A DNA stretch of 64,000 bases from Octopus sinensis (Eukaryota), in NCBI RefSeq assembly GCF_006345805.1, contig NC_043007.1, positions 31,806,001 to 31,870,000 of the forward strand, written 5' to 3'. Of the stretch, positions 46,664-61,700 are shown one piece after another. The translations under genes and the position numbers were made by a program. The stretch's first letter is position 1, and every line of letters begins with the position of its first letter. The notes below the pieces were generated by a model. The model saw only the letters and a list, made by a program, of their open reading frames with translations, did not search any database and was not told where the DNA came from.

Positions 46664-49593
46664 GTAAATACACACATCTCTCTCTCTTATACCACCTTGA
46701 TCGACCAGTCCATCGGGCGTCCATTTGACACCGCTAGTCACAGCACACTGTCCACTTTTCTCTGGATCATGCCTTCATCCACGTGCTCGCAATCGCCCTC
46801 CTAAAATCATAATTCCACCATCATGGAGGCCTTCTTTGTGGTTGATTCCACTTGTGTGGGTACCACTCGACAACTGCGCGGGTCCACCGATTAGCGATGA
46901 GCCGGGCAACATGTCCAGCAAATCTAAACTTGCTGCGTGTATATTCTACGATGACATCCCTCATGCCGGACTTCTGTCTGATGACCTCATTACTGATGTG
47001 CTCTCTCAACGAGATTCCAAGCATTGACCTCTCCATGGCTCTTTGAGCCGTTACCAGTCTCTACTCTTCTCTCTTTGTTGTAGCCCATGTTTCACTACCA
47101 TACAACATTGCAGGTAGACCTGTGCTATTGATGAGGTTGGCGCAGGTGATCCTGTCCAACCTTCCCTTGAGCACATTCCTATATATATATATATATATTG
47201 TCAGACAATTAATTACTGGTTATGACATGTAATTCATCAGAATGTTACCATCAGTTTCATTTGGAAATGATTATTGAAGAGATTGCAAGATGCAACGAAA
47301 ATTTTAGAAAAAATTAATAAGCAAATGAGTGGAAATTGAACCAGTGAGTGTGTTAAGTGATAAGGCACTAAAAGAGAATGACTCCCCCAGACACAACAAA
47401 ATATGCTTCAACACACAAATTCACAAAAAGAATCTTGCAAACCAAATACAAAAACGAAATACACACACACACACACATTTATATACGATGGGCTTCTTTC
47501 AGTTTCGATCTACCAAATCCACTCACAAAGCTTGGGTTGTCTCAGGGCTATAGTAGAAGACACTAGCCCAAGGTGCTGCAGTGTGAACAGGGTGTTTATC
47601 TCCCTGTCTTCCCATCCATCCATTCACTCCACAACTCATCCACCAGTCTTTGTTAAACATCTGAATTTACTTCTCTAAGTTTGTTCCACATTTAAACAGC
47701 AACACAAACAATGTATTTCACATGATGAATCCATCCTCTAAATCAGACTAGTGTTTTATTATTTTTGTCTTTTCACAGAGGAGCCCTTATCCCATGATGT
47801 CACAGGCAAGAGCATGTACCTTGACTTATGCCAAGAAATGGGTATCCACCCCGTCTCCAGCTTCCTCCGTCACATCAGACAAGACCAGATTGCCTTACCG
47901 CATTATGGTCTGGGACCAGATGCTGTCAAGCCTATCAGTATAGTTCTACGGGTAAACATCAATAACTGCTACTTTGGTATGCAATCTACCTCACCAAGCA
48001 TGACCTACAAGAGCCAAATTCTATTTCAGTTTGCGGTCTGCATGTTTCATTTATTTATTATGGCTTAAATAAAACATTCTTACATTTTTTTTTTAATAGA
48101 TTTATTTAACAAAATTTTAATGAAGCAGATTTGAAGTAAGTTTACTAATTCTATGGGCAACTCGAATGAACAGGGGAATCGAACAAGCAGGCAAATTGAA
48201 GGAACAGGGGAATCAAACGAACATCAGCTAAAAAAATTTTAAATAGATAATTAGAATTTTTATACATTTTATGCATTTATCATTAAAAAGAAATTAGAAT
48301 GAAGCCATTTTGAAACAAGTTTACTAATTTTATTGGTTTTTTCCTTGTTCTAATTATAACTTTTCTTATTGTAGATCACAATACAAAGTGTAGATCACAT
48401 ACCAAATCAGTTTCGTGACACGTAGATCACATACCAAAGTAGCACCCATTAATATCCATCTCTTTGTGATTAATCTGGGGTTTTTTGTTGGTTCTTTTTT
48501 TTTTGTTGTTGCTTCATTAATTGCTGTACACAAGAAGACCTGCCTACCACAACAGGACAGATGTCCTAGAAGCAAGGTGCCACATAAAAGGCCTTGGTGC
48601 TGATTCTGGTGCCATGTAAAAAGCACTGGTAATGGTGTCACGTACTCCCTGTGAAGTGGTTGGCATTTGGAAGGGCATCCAGCTGCAGAAACCATGCCAA
48701 AACAGACCTCACCACATAAAGAGCACCCAGTCTGCTCTGTGAAGTGGTTGGCATTAGGAAGGGCATCCAGCTCTAGAAACCATAATAAAACAGACAAAAG
48801 CCATCTAACCCATGTCAGCATTGGAAAACTGACATTAAATGAAGATAATGCTGATCTGCATCACCAAATTATCTTCATCTTTTACTTATTTCAGTCATTG
48901 GACAGCAGCCATGCTGGGGCACCACTTTGAAAAGTTCGACTGAACAAATCAATCCCAGTCCTTATTTTTTAAAGTCACCTTACTGGCACTCGAGTCCCAT
49001 GATAGTAGGGTGTTAAGAGCATCATCCAAGCATGATCGTTGCCAGAGCGGCTATCTGGCTTCCATGCAAACTTCCCAGACATTTGTACGTTACTGCATAT
49101 TCTTTATACGCACTTTTGACAAGCTGTGGTGTCCCTGAGCACTGTATACAATCATTTCATCATTGTTATTATTATTATTTTCAGCACAGCATAACATTAG
49201 AGAAACTGGACCTGACAGAGAATCTTATTGATGGAGAAGGAACCCAGTTTATCAGCAAGATGCTGGAAGAGAATGACTTCATTACAGATTTGGTAAATTA
49301 TAATCTTTATCTCTTCAGGATTTATTAATTCTGTTTCCAGAATCTTCCAGTTTTAAAGAGGGTCTCAAGTAAAATCTTCCATTAAAATTCCATACTCTTT
49401 TACTTGTTTCAGTCATTTGACTGTGGCCATGCTGGAGCACTGCCTTTAGTCATACAAATCGATCCCAGGACTTATTCTTTGTAAGCCTAGTACTTATTCT
49501 ATCGGTCTCTTTTGCCGAACCGCTAAGTTACGGGGAAGTAAACACACCTGCATCGGTTGTCAAGCAATGCTAGGGGGACAAACACAGACACAC

Positions 49594-49624
<31 letters not shown>

Positions 49625-52600
49625 GATATATATATATATATATATATATATGCGATGGGCTTCTTTCATTTTCCGTCTACCAAATCCACTCACAAGGCTT
49701 TGGTCGGCCTAAGGCTATAGTAGAAGACAATTGCCCAAGGTGCCACGCAGGTGGACTGAACCCGGAACCTTGTGGTTGGTAAGCAAGCTACTTACCACAC
49801 AGCCACTCCTAGTACACACTCATAACCATTTAACGTCCCTTTTTCCATTCTGGATGGTTCGACAGAAACTAACAAGCTGAAGAACTGTGCCACACTCCAA
49901 TGTCTGCTTTGACATGGTTCCAATGGTTGGATGGCCTTCCTGACACCAACCACTTTACAGAGTGTACTGGGTGCCTTTTACATGGCACTGGTATTACTAG
50001 CAGTCACCGAATACTCTCAAGATTCCTCAACAGAGTAGGGAATGATATTGAAGGCTGTGAAAGTATGATAGAGGGATAGAAGCAAGTATCTTGCTGAAGA
50101 TGTGAATCACTGCTTTTCCACCTGGAAAGAGAGAGAGAGAGAGAGAGAGATGGTGAATGGGTATACTCAAAGTACAAGGTGTATATAAAAGTGAATGGGG
50201 ATGGAGGAACAGACAAGATGGGTGGGTGGGTGGGTAAGAGTGTGAAATGATTAGAGATAGGGATTGGGGTGGATGTGATGAATATCAGTTTTGGGGAGGG
50301 AAAATGAAAGAAAGGAAAGAGGAGTGGACCAGGGAGGTGGAGGAAAGGCGGAGGTGATAATAATAATAATAATGAAATTATTGTATACAGTGCTCAGGTG
50401 CACCACAACTTGTCAAAAGTGCATATAAAGCATATGCAGTAATGCACAGTTGTCTGGAAAGTGAATAGTGTATGAATCAGGTACATGCTTGCGTGTGTAT
50501 GGAGGGGAGAAAGATCAGGTGCAGTGTTGGCGAATCTCAGGAAGCATGGAAGTTTTGAAGGATGCAGTGCTCCGACAACTGATGCCGGCAGTTTGTTCCA
50601 TGCTTCAGCAACTCTTAGCATGAAAAAATGTTTCTGAAAGTCATGGAAGGAGCTGTGCTGTTTTCTGACTTTGTAAACATGTCCACGGGTGTTAGACAGG
50701 TGGATTTTGAAAAGGTGCTCAGAGTTATTGTTAGTAAGGGATAGTAGTAAGGACAAAATGCTATCAAACTGTAACATTTATGTATTTCTGTATCTCAATA
50801 ACATGGTCATTTTGTGTGTGCCTTCATTCTTGTCACACACTGAACTGTGCTGCTATTTTTATGCTGAGCTATCTTTTCACATGATTTGTTCTGTTTAAAT
50901 CCATTGTAATCAACATCATATTCTTCATAACATATTTAAAAGACTTTGGATATGGGAGTTATTCTGATTGTTTATCTCTGGAAACAATCTCATTATCACT
51001 GACATTACAATTAATTAATCCTGTATCTACGTTAGAAATCCTTACTTGACAATGGAGTCCTCAGCGATGACTCAATCACACAACTGCACACAGCAAGGAA
51101 GTGTGTGTGTGTGTGTGCTGTGTTTTATCTGTACAGAGATACAATTGTTGATTAGACTCAGCTCGGCTATTATCAAACTGATTTATAATCAAAACTCTTC
51201 CAATTCTCTGCATTGAATCAGTTTTGGTCATGGATGAAACGGGTCTCAATGTCCACATCCTTCCAAGGTCGACTTTGCCTTTTCATCCATTTGGTGGGTC
51301 AACCAAAAGATCAGAATTAGACAATCAGGCATGGCTGTTTGGCCACTGGTGATTTGGCAATGCTCACTGGACATTCAACTTATTTTGATGACTGTACGTT
51401 TTGGTAAAACATCAAACTGCATTTGATTGTGGGGCCTTGGTACGGGAGTTCCAGGTTCCTGTAGAGTGTGGAACCACTGTTTAACCATTATTATTCCCAG
51501 GTTCACTCTGACATGGAGTTCTAGCATTTGTTAGGGTCCTAGTTATGGGTTAACTAACATGCATACCACTCACATCAAACCAAGGTTACAAATGCTTCAA
51601 TAATCGGCAGAGACTTGGTCAGTGAATGCTCTGCGGTGGACGACAATTAACAAGATAACCTGCTATGGATCCTACTATCCCAAAGTGTGACCAGGGACCA
51701 CATGTGAACTTGTTATTCCCAATGAAACTCCAGACATGACCTCTACACCTCAACAACGAATGACAATTATGACTACAGCATCTGTGCTGTCTGACATCCT
51801 TGTTTTCCCGGGGTCGGGGGGACATTTGTTAAATTTGCAAGTTGGACTTATGCACCATAGCAGAAGCATTAATTCGTCTGCTGGAACGTTTTGACCGACC
51901 GTTGGGTTTGGTCAGCATTCATGGGGGAAGTGATGAACTTGTTGGCCAGAGCCGCCTCAACCTACCCTGGGTGAATGTTGCTATAAGTAGCAGTAAGTAC
52001 AAGTACTGGACGCAAACACACATGGAAATATACATATACAGACTGAAGGAGACAGAGAGAGATGTTACACAAACAAACATAACTAGATGCTCACAGGCAT
52101 AAACAGAGGGAAGAAGAGAGGGAGAGAATGAGAGGAACCTGAAAATGTCTGCTGGCAGGCCAGTATTGAATCAGCAATGTCAAAAAGGTGGTGCCAAAAC
52201 GCCCCAAACACTAAAAAGCATACCAATCCAAGATGATGGCCTGGTTGAACTGTAAGAACAACAGACCAGATGCCTTGCAATATTTATTTCAGTTTAAGGC
52301 GGCAAGCTGGCATAAACGTTAGCACACCAAACGAAATGCTTAACAGTATTTCGTCTGTCTTTATGTTCTGAGATCAAATTCCACCAAGGTCAACTTTGCC
52401 TTTTATGCTTTCAGGATCAATAAATTACATCCTGAATTCAGATTCCGTCAAGGTTACCTCTGCCTTGTATCCTTTCAGAGTCAATAAAATAAATACCAGC
52501 TGAGCACTGGGGTCAATTTAATTGACTTAGCTCCCCCATGGAAATTACTGGCCTTGTGCCGAAATCTGAAACCAACTTGTGATTGCAGTCACTCCACACC

Positions 52601-52681
52601 AACATATATATATATATATTATCATCATCGTTTAACATCCGTTTTCCATGCTGGCATGGGTTGGACACATTGACTGAGGAG

Positions 52682-52744
<63 letters not shown>

Positions 52745-55700
52745 ATCATTTAATGTACACAGTATTTGAAATAAGTGCTAATAGCTTCTTAAAATAAAAG
52801 TTACTAATATTCCTTTCTACTCTAGGCACAAGGCCTAAAATTTTGGTGGGGGGGGGCAGTCAATTAGATCAACCCCAGTGTGCAACTGGTACTTGATTTT
52901 TCGACCCCAAAAGGATGAAAGGCAAAGTCGACCTCAAAGGAATTTGAACTCAGAACGTAAAGACAAACGAAATACCACTAAGCATTTTGCCCGGCATGCT
53001 AACATTTCTACCAGCTCACTGCCTTAAGAGTTACTAATATTAATAGTGCAGGGGGATTGAACCTGAAACCACAAGGTTGCAAAGTAAGCTTCTTAACCAC
53101 ACAGCCAATCCTGCACCTATATTAAGTGTAATTTTGTTGTTTCTTTTTTGTAACTTACCAAATTGAATAATTATTTACTCTGCTCATATTTCAGAATTTG
53201 TCCAACAACCAGGTCGGTCCTGCTGGTATCACACACATAGCCAAGATGCTCTGTTGCAATAAAGGACTCCGCAGTTTAAATCTATCAGGTAAATGTTTAT
53301 TTCCTATAAATTAATATTATAGGCACAGGAGTGGTTGTGTGGTGAGTAGCTTGCTTACCAACCATATGGTTCCAGGTTCAGTCCCACTGCGTGGCACCTT
53401 GGGCAAGTGTCTTCTTCTATAGCCTCAGGCCAACCAGTCTTGTGAGTGGATTTGGTAGACGGAAACTGAAAGAAGCCTGTCGTAGATATATATATGCTTG
53501 TGTGTCTGTGTTTGTCCCCTCAACATGGCTTGACAACTGATGCTGGTGTGTTTACGTTCCTGTAACTTAGCAGTTCAGCAAAAGAGACTGATAGAATAAG
53601 TACTAGGCTTACACAGAATAAGTCCTGGGGTTGATGTGCTTGACTAAAGGCGGTGCTCCAGCATGGCCGCAGTCAAATCACTGAAACAAATAAATTGTGA
53701 GATGTTGCAGCATCCCCCCCTCCCTACTCTCCTGATATCTCTCCTTATGATCATCACTTATCTAAGCATTTTGAGCTTTTCATATGTTTCAAATACGACA
53801 TTTCATGTGAAACAACCGAACATCAACAAATAATTTTAATGATTTGCCAGGTAACCGGCTCGAAGATTCCGTGCTTGAACAATTAATGAATGCTCTGGAG
53901 GTAAGTACAGTTTATTATAGAAAACTTTGTAAAAATGTGAAATATAAGATATTCTATGAAATTCTTCAAAGCAAATAATGTCTGTATAAGGCTGTGTTGT
54001 TTTGTCCCACATGCCAGTGGTTCTACCGTCTCTCTGCCTTAAATTTCATTGTAATATCAATAATGCTCTCTACAGAGGGCACAAGGCCTGAAATTTTGAG
54101 GTAGGGGCTAATCAAGTACATTGACCCCAGTGCTCAACTGGTACTTATTTTTATTGACCTTGAAAAGATGAAAGCTGGCCCCGGCATAATTTGAACTCAG
54201 AATGTAAAGATGGACAAAAGGCTGCTGAGCATTTAGCCAGGCAGGCTAATGATCCTACCAGCTAATTGCCTTGCATTGTAATATAATTATAACTTGTGGT
54301 TCCAGATGGTCAACACCATCATACATCTCTATATATAAAGACTCATCAAAGTGAAATTGTAGTCGCGACCAATGCCAGTGCCACATAACTGGCACCCATG
54401 CCAGTGGCACGTAAAAAGCACCAATCACACACTCTTGGAGTGGTTGGCATTAGGAAGGACATCCAGCTGTAGAAGCCATGTCAAATAAGACTGGAACTTG
54501 GTGCAGCCCTCTGGCTTATCAGTTCAGTCAAACTGTCTAACCCATGCCAGCATAGAAAAGCAGACATTAAATGATGCTGCTGCTGCTGATGATGGTGATG
54601 ATATAAAGTGGCAGATATTTTTGTAAACAGCACCAAAATATTGATTACATTGACAATTAATCCAAACACATAAACATATAGGTGCAAGAGTCGCTGTGTG
54701 GTAAGTAGCTTGCTTACCAACCACATGGTTCCAGGTTCAGTCCCACTGCGTGGCACCTTGGGCAAGTGTCTTCTACTATAGCCTCGGGCCGACCAAAGCC
54801 TTGTGAGTGGATTTGGTAGAGGGAAATTGAATGAAGCCCGTCGTATATATGTGTGTATGTATATATATATATGTGTGTGTGTGTGTATATGTTTGTGTGT
54901 CTGTGTTTGTCCCCCCTCCACCATCGTTTGACAACCGATGTTGGTGTGTTTACGTCCCCGTAACTTAACAGTTTGGCGAAAGAGGCCAATAGAATAAGTA
55001 CTAGGCTTCCAAAGAATAAGTCCTGGGGGCGATATTCTTGACTAAAAGGCTGTGCTCCAGCATGGCCACAGTCAAATGACTGAACCAAGTAAAAGAATAA
55101 AAAGAGGGAGAGAGAGTCAATAGAAATATAGTCGTGAAAGAGTTAAGTGTAAAATTACGGTGAGAGAGAATATTGAAATGAATTCTGCGTTATTTGACAA
55201 GCAAAGACCTTAGAGTATTTATTATTGAGTATATTTGGCTAGAAGATCCTGTGTTCCGTGAGGTCAAGCACCCACTCTGCTTGTCTTGTGTCATGTTGTG
55301 ACAAGCCTGAATGTGACTCACTTGTCATTTCAGTTTGGGATGATTGAAATGAAGTTGTCGGTTAAGAACCAGTGGATTCAGATCTGTCTTTGGTTGTCAA
55401 CACATTGAATTTAGTTTAACTATATTTCCTGCAATATAGGTGGCGAGCTGGCAGAAACATTAGCAGGCCGGGTGAAATCCTTTGCGGTATTTCGTCCGCC
55501 ACTGCGTTCTGAGTTCAAATTCCGCCGAGGACGACTTTGCCTTCCATCCTTTCGGGGTTCATTAAATAAGTACCAGTTATGCACAGGGGTCGATGTAATC
55601 GACTTAATCCATTTGTCTGTCCTTGTTTGTCCCCTGTATGTTTAGCCCCTTGTGGGTAGTAAAGAAATAGGTATAATGACAGTGTCTCAAAACGGTTGTA

Positions 55701-58700
55701 TGATAGAAATATCATTCAAAACTGCCCTCAGATCACCTCAATTATTTATTAAAAATAAAAAATAAATAAAAAAAAGGCCTGATGGTCATAAATGGAATGC
55801 CTTTAGTCATAGGTCTGCTCAATAAATTCTAACTTGATGGGGGAAACAACAACTTCCATCCCCCCTCATCACCACCACTCTCACAATGTCTGCAGTTGCT
55901 TCTTGTTCCTTCTCTGCAAATGAGATAAAATAAACAAAGGTTGGCATTGGAAAATATTCGTTGACTGATTGAGTTCTTGCGTTCTTTTTTCTACAGAAAA
56001 ATAAATATTTAGAAAGCATCGACTTGAGCAAAAACAGACTTGGTGAAAATGGCGGAGAGATATTCGGTGTAGCGATAGGTAAGTAGATCCTCTAACATGG
56101 GTCCTTTCTTCAGCTGTTGCTAAGGGGCCAATATAGTCAGTTGGTCTAGACTCCAGTGAAGGTGCATGGGTGAATGATAAGCAGTGGTGTAGCTAGGGTA
56201 AACTGTGCCTGGGACAAGCCACAAAAATGCACCCTGCAACATTTACAAAATCCATGATATTACATAGTACTTATTTGTTACAAGTAATTAATGTTTTAAA
56301 ACAATATCTTAGGAATAAATACTTTATCAGGGTTCATTTATCTGCTGGTTCTGTACATCCTGTTATTCAAAAAATATTTTTTCAATGTTTACTTTTACAA
56401 AACCTTATTTTAACCATTTAACTTTTACAAAACCTCCTTATTTTGACTGTTTAACAAACCAGCTTCCTTGAGTGAAACATTAAAAAACAGTAAGATATAA
56501 AAAAAAAAAAAAAAGGAAAGTAAGATATGATTTGAGGGAGGCTTGGGCTACTGTATCTAAAAGTCAAATAGCTATGTAGAGGCTCCCTTCTTGAATTTCT
56601 GTATGATATTGTATTATGCTGTCTTTCTCAAGAGAAATTGAGATACAGGTAAAATACATCAAGGACTACATTATCAAATGTACCATCACTTCTTTTCTAA
56701 CGGGGCAAGTCATGATTGAGAGAGAGAAATCTGGCTGCTATTTCTAGCAGGTCGAGTTACTCCCTAGAGTAGCTGTCCTCATTAGTTCAAGCTTTGTTGT
56801 TGTTTTGTAATCTCAGATCAACCCCAAATAAGACAAGTTTGTGATTCATCAAAACCATTCCAGTTACGACCATCCCTTCATATTTTCATACATTCTACAT
56901 CTAAGACATTATCTTGTGAGTCCTTAACACCAAAATATAGAAACTTGTCAAAATATTGAAAATAAAACAAAAGACAGAATTTCCCATGTTCTTCTCATTC
57001 TTTTCACAGGCTCCAATGAATATCTGCAGCAATTTGACCTGTCGTGGAACTACATCCGACTGAGAGGTGCCGTTGCGATTGGCAAAGGGCTTCGGGTTTG
57101 TAAATACAAATCTATATATTTGAATTTATAGTGTATAGGCATAGGAGTGGCTGTGTGGTAAGTAGCTTGCTTAACAACCATATGGTTCTGGGTTCAGTCC
57201 CACTGCGTGGCACCTTGGGCAAGTGTCTTCTGCTATAGCCTCAGGCCGAACAAAACCTTGTGAGTGGATTTGGTTGACAGAAAGTGAAAGAAGCCTGTCA
57301 TATATATATATATATGTGTGTGTGTGTTTGTCCCCCTAGCATCACTTGACAACCGATGCTGGTGTGTTTATGTCCCTGTCACTTAGCGGTTCGGCAAAAG
57401 AGACTGATAGAATAAGTACTAGGCTTACAAAGAATAAGTCCCGGGGTCGATTTGCTCGACTAAAGGCTGTGCTCCAGCATGGTCACAGTCAAATCACTGA
57501 AACAAATAAAGGAGTAAAAGAATGTAAAAGGTAGAGGTGTAGCATTATAGTTTAACCCCACGTCAGTCATGATCAAAAGGATTCCAATCATGACCATCCT
57601 ACCATTTTGTTTTGTCAGATATGCTGAATGTATCTAGGATCGAACTCTGGACACATAACATTATGCCACAACTACTTTACCTCAACTGGTCCAGATCTCT
57701 TTAATACCAAACCAAAATACATGGAAATAGAAATGGATCCCATAAAATTCAAAATTGAACAGCATATCTGAACTAAAAATTTAACAAAAATTAGAGGGGA
57801 AAAAATTATATTCAGGTTACATTGTGGCACATCTAGGATTGTCTCATGGCACACCAGAGTGTCACAGCGTACCGGTTGTGGAGCACTGATCTACATGACT
57901 TAATTACTTGGCAGTGAAAACAAAATATTAGATGTGTAAAGTAAACTGCTTTACACATCTAACTCTTTTTCCATGATGCGTAAATGGTTATCAGTGAGTC
58001 CAGAACCCAGAGCTGTTTTGATTAAGCAGACCAAGGATCACATTATCCAATGTGACTTCCTTTTTAAGCTGCAACGGTCCATCGCAGGTGAGCTGCAAGA
58101 GGAAAGAGTGAGAGGAAATTGTGGCGAAAGAGTCAGCAGAAGTTTGCCATTACCTTCTGCCAGATCCGCGTGGAGCTTAGGTGTTTCGCTCATAAACACA
58201 CACATTGACCGGTCTGAGATTCAAACTCGCAATCCCTCAACCGTGAGTCCGCTGCTCTAACCACTAGACTATGTGCCTCCGCACACACACACATACATAT
58301 AGAGAGAGACTGCTGTCAGTTTCCATCTACCAAATCCACTTACAAGGCTTTTGTTGATCTGGGGCTATAGTAGATGCTGTAGGTGCCATGCATTGGAACT
58401 GAACCTGGAACCATATGGTTGGGAAGTGAACTTCTTAACTACACAGCCATCCCTATGCGCAATTCAGTCTGTTCCATGTGTCTTGTTGATCCTTAATGTT
58501 GATTCATTAACTTTGCTTTATTAAAGGACAACGTTCGATTAAAAAGATGCAACTTGGCTTTCAATGGCTTCGGTATTGAAGGAGGTTTTGAGATAGCCGA
58601 GGCCCTCATTCACAACACAACTTTACAGGAATTAAACCTCACTGCCAACAGATTGACAGACAGTTGTATAGAGAAAATTGCTAAATCCCTCTTAGTCAAT

Positions 58701-61700
58701 GAAACCCTTCAGATATTACAGGTAAGTTCATTTCTATTGCATGGTCTAATATCTAGAGTAATGTTTAATAATATTTAAAGTAATGTTTTAAACTTCTCAG
58801 TGTGTTTATGTGTTGTTTGTGAAGTTCAGAGTAGTAATACACACCAGAAACTCACGTATCTCAGGGTGGTACACATTTATGTATCTTACATTTGAGGCTA
58901 GTGTGTGTGTATATATATAAGGAAAATAGGGATGAAAACATCTAATCTTTCACTGGCTCCACTGTAAACCCTTTCGTTACCAATCCGGCTGAAACTGACT
59001 CTGGCTCTGAGTACAAATGTCTTGTTTTCATAAGTTTTTAATTAAAATCTTCCACCAAACCTTAGTCACAATTTATGTTCCTAACACTAGCTTAATGATA
59101 ACTGAGTTATTTTACTAAATTCTTGGTTATATTTAAAATTAATTGAAAGAAACACAGAGCATCTCAACAGAAATACGGTAACGAAAGGGTTAAATACCCA
59201 ATTTTGCAGAGAAAACCTTACAAATTACATGGGTATATATTCAATTCATATATATATATATATATAAACACATTCATACACGTGTACAGTGTGTGTACAC
59301 GTATACACTTTGACACATTTAAAACTTCACTAAGCTGTTGTGTTTTTACTTTGTGTCAAGGTACATAACTCTGCTTCTCCCATAGGAAAGCTCGCCAGCT
59401 ACAAAGGCCATTTTATTTCTTTTAGTTTAGTTAGAGAGATGGTACCACGGTCTTTCCACAGCCTCCTAGACTGCTGAGGTACATACTCAGTTGGTGTTCA
59501 TCTAGAACTTCAGGCAGAATACAAATATTTACAGGTAATTCTAGTTGTAACCATTTAGTTTTGTTTTGTCATAGTGTATCTAGAATTACTTTATCCAATG
59601 TGTCCCTATTTTTTCTCGTATTAATGACAGGGTGTAATTTGAGAGAACTTTGGCTACTATTTCTTGCAATTACATACGTAGTGGTTGGTATTAGGAAAGG
59701 CATCGAGCTGTAGAAACCATATTCTAGATGCACTGCATGAGGGATAGTTGTCTCTAGACTGTAAACCTCACAACCATAATAATAATAATGAAATTATTGT
59801 ATACAGTACTCAGGTGCACCACAACTTGTCAGAAAGTGCGTATAAAGTATATGCAATAATATACACAGTAATGTACGCCATGTGTGTATATATGTATATA
59901 TACGTGTTTTTGTGTGTGTTTTGGGGTTCTTTGTTTTCTTATCTTTGCTTAGAGCCAGCCCAGACTTCTTGATTCATTTCATACACTTTCCAATAATATC
60001 TAAAAGTTGCAACTTTTTTCATTCAATCATTTCATAAGTGCTTGTATATTTACTTCTATGAATCCTGTAATGAACAAAATGGTTGATTGACAACAAAAGA
60101 GAAAAAAAAAACTTTGTGAAATCCAAATACAAAAATATCTATTTACCATTAAAAAAAAAAGGCATTGTGATGATAATAGATATTAACACCAAGTGAAACC
60201 ATTCATGTGTGTCCACCAGAAATGTTTGTGAACAGGATTGTAAAAGTTATTGAATTCCATAGTCAAGTGAGTGGTGTGTAAGTTCTCACAGCAGCTGATT
60301 TGAGCTGTTATAATCACTGAAAGTTACCAGACAAACCATCTATGAATATACCCAAGGGTCTGTCAAAGAAAAGGCACCAAAGACAAAATCATTAATAACA
60401 TCCCTCTATATTTATCCCCAAATGGTTAGGTTGTTTACTACAACTGAGATTCTAACCAGTCAAGTATTCTGCTGGATGTATTGTTGCTGACAAAATCTTG
60501 TTGGGTGATTACAGTTATTTTCACAGCTGAGCACAGTGACTTCAGGTTCAATTTCTAGGCAGTGAGTTGGTGTTTGGGACACTGCTGATGTTTCCCTGCT
60601 ACAATTCATACTGATTTAACTTTGTCTTTTCCACTGAAACTTTATCTCCCTTATTTCCCCCCTCTTTCAGTTAGGTAAGAATCCAATTAGCACAACAGGA
60701 GCCATTTCCCTTGTCAATGCCATCAACAACAATGACAACACAGGACTAAATCTACTGGATTTGACGGTAAGAAATATTCCTTGATATAATCATTGAACTT
60801 TGCTGTTCTCTAACCGCAATTAAGGACTAGATAAGAAAACAAAGGAAAAAGGAGAAGTAGTAACGAGATCAGCTACCGAGATGGAGCTCCCAGATCAGAT
60901 GACACAGTGCAGACCTGTCCAATCCATGTCAGTGTGGAGAAAATAGATGTTATGATGGTGGTGGCGGTGGCGGTGGCAGTGGTGGTGGTGGTGGTGGTGG
61001 TGGTGGTGGTGGTGGCGATTACAAAAACAATGATGAGGATCATCATTATGATGCCACAGTTTTAGTATTTCCTTTCAACCAATACACAAAACCATTAACT
61101 ACAGGGTCACCTTTTCAGATGGAGCTGGCCACTGGGTAACCATGACAGCCTCTAAAACAGTGGTTCTCAACCAGGGCCCATACAATATTTTCTTGTTAAA
61201 AAATTTATCTGCAATAAACTGTTTACACTTCTACAAAACACAAAATATTTCAACAATTTTTCTTCATATAATTTCCAATAATATTCAATTATAAAAATAT
61301 CATAAGACTTCTGTAAACATCAAATGGCTATGGGGGACCAGTAGAGTAAAAACAACAATCAAAGGGGGTCATAGGCAAAACATGGTCGAGAAACACTACT
61401 CTAAATGCAGAAATAATTTTAATAACTTACAAATTTATATTGTATTTAATATACCTGCATTAGTCTGTTGTCTAATTACATGCCACTGGCCACTCTGAGT
61501 TATTTCTCTCAGGCGATTTTTAGGCGATCTTTTGGTACAAGTACCATAACTGCCAATTATAAACCCACGTGGGTTTATTTACATTTCTGAAGAAAAAAGA
61601 AACCCTTTTCCCCCACCCCTAAACCTAACACCCCATATATAAAAAAAAAACTTTACGGAAAGTGACGGTCTTCTTCTTCAAATGTAAACAGACATGGCAG

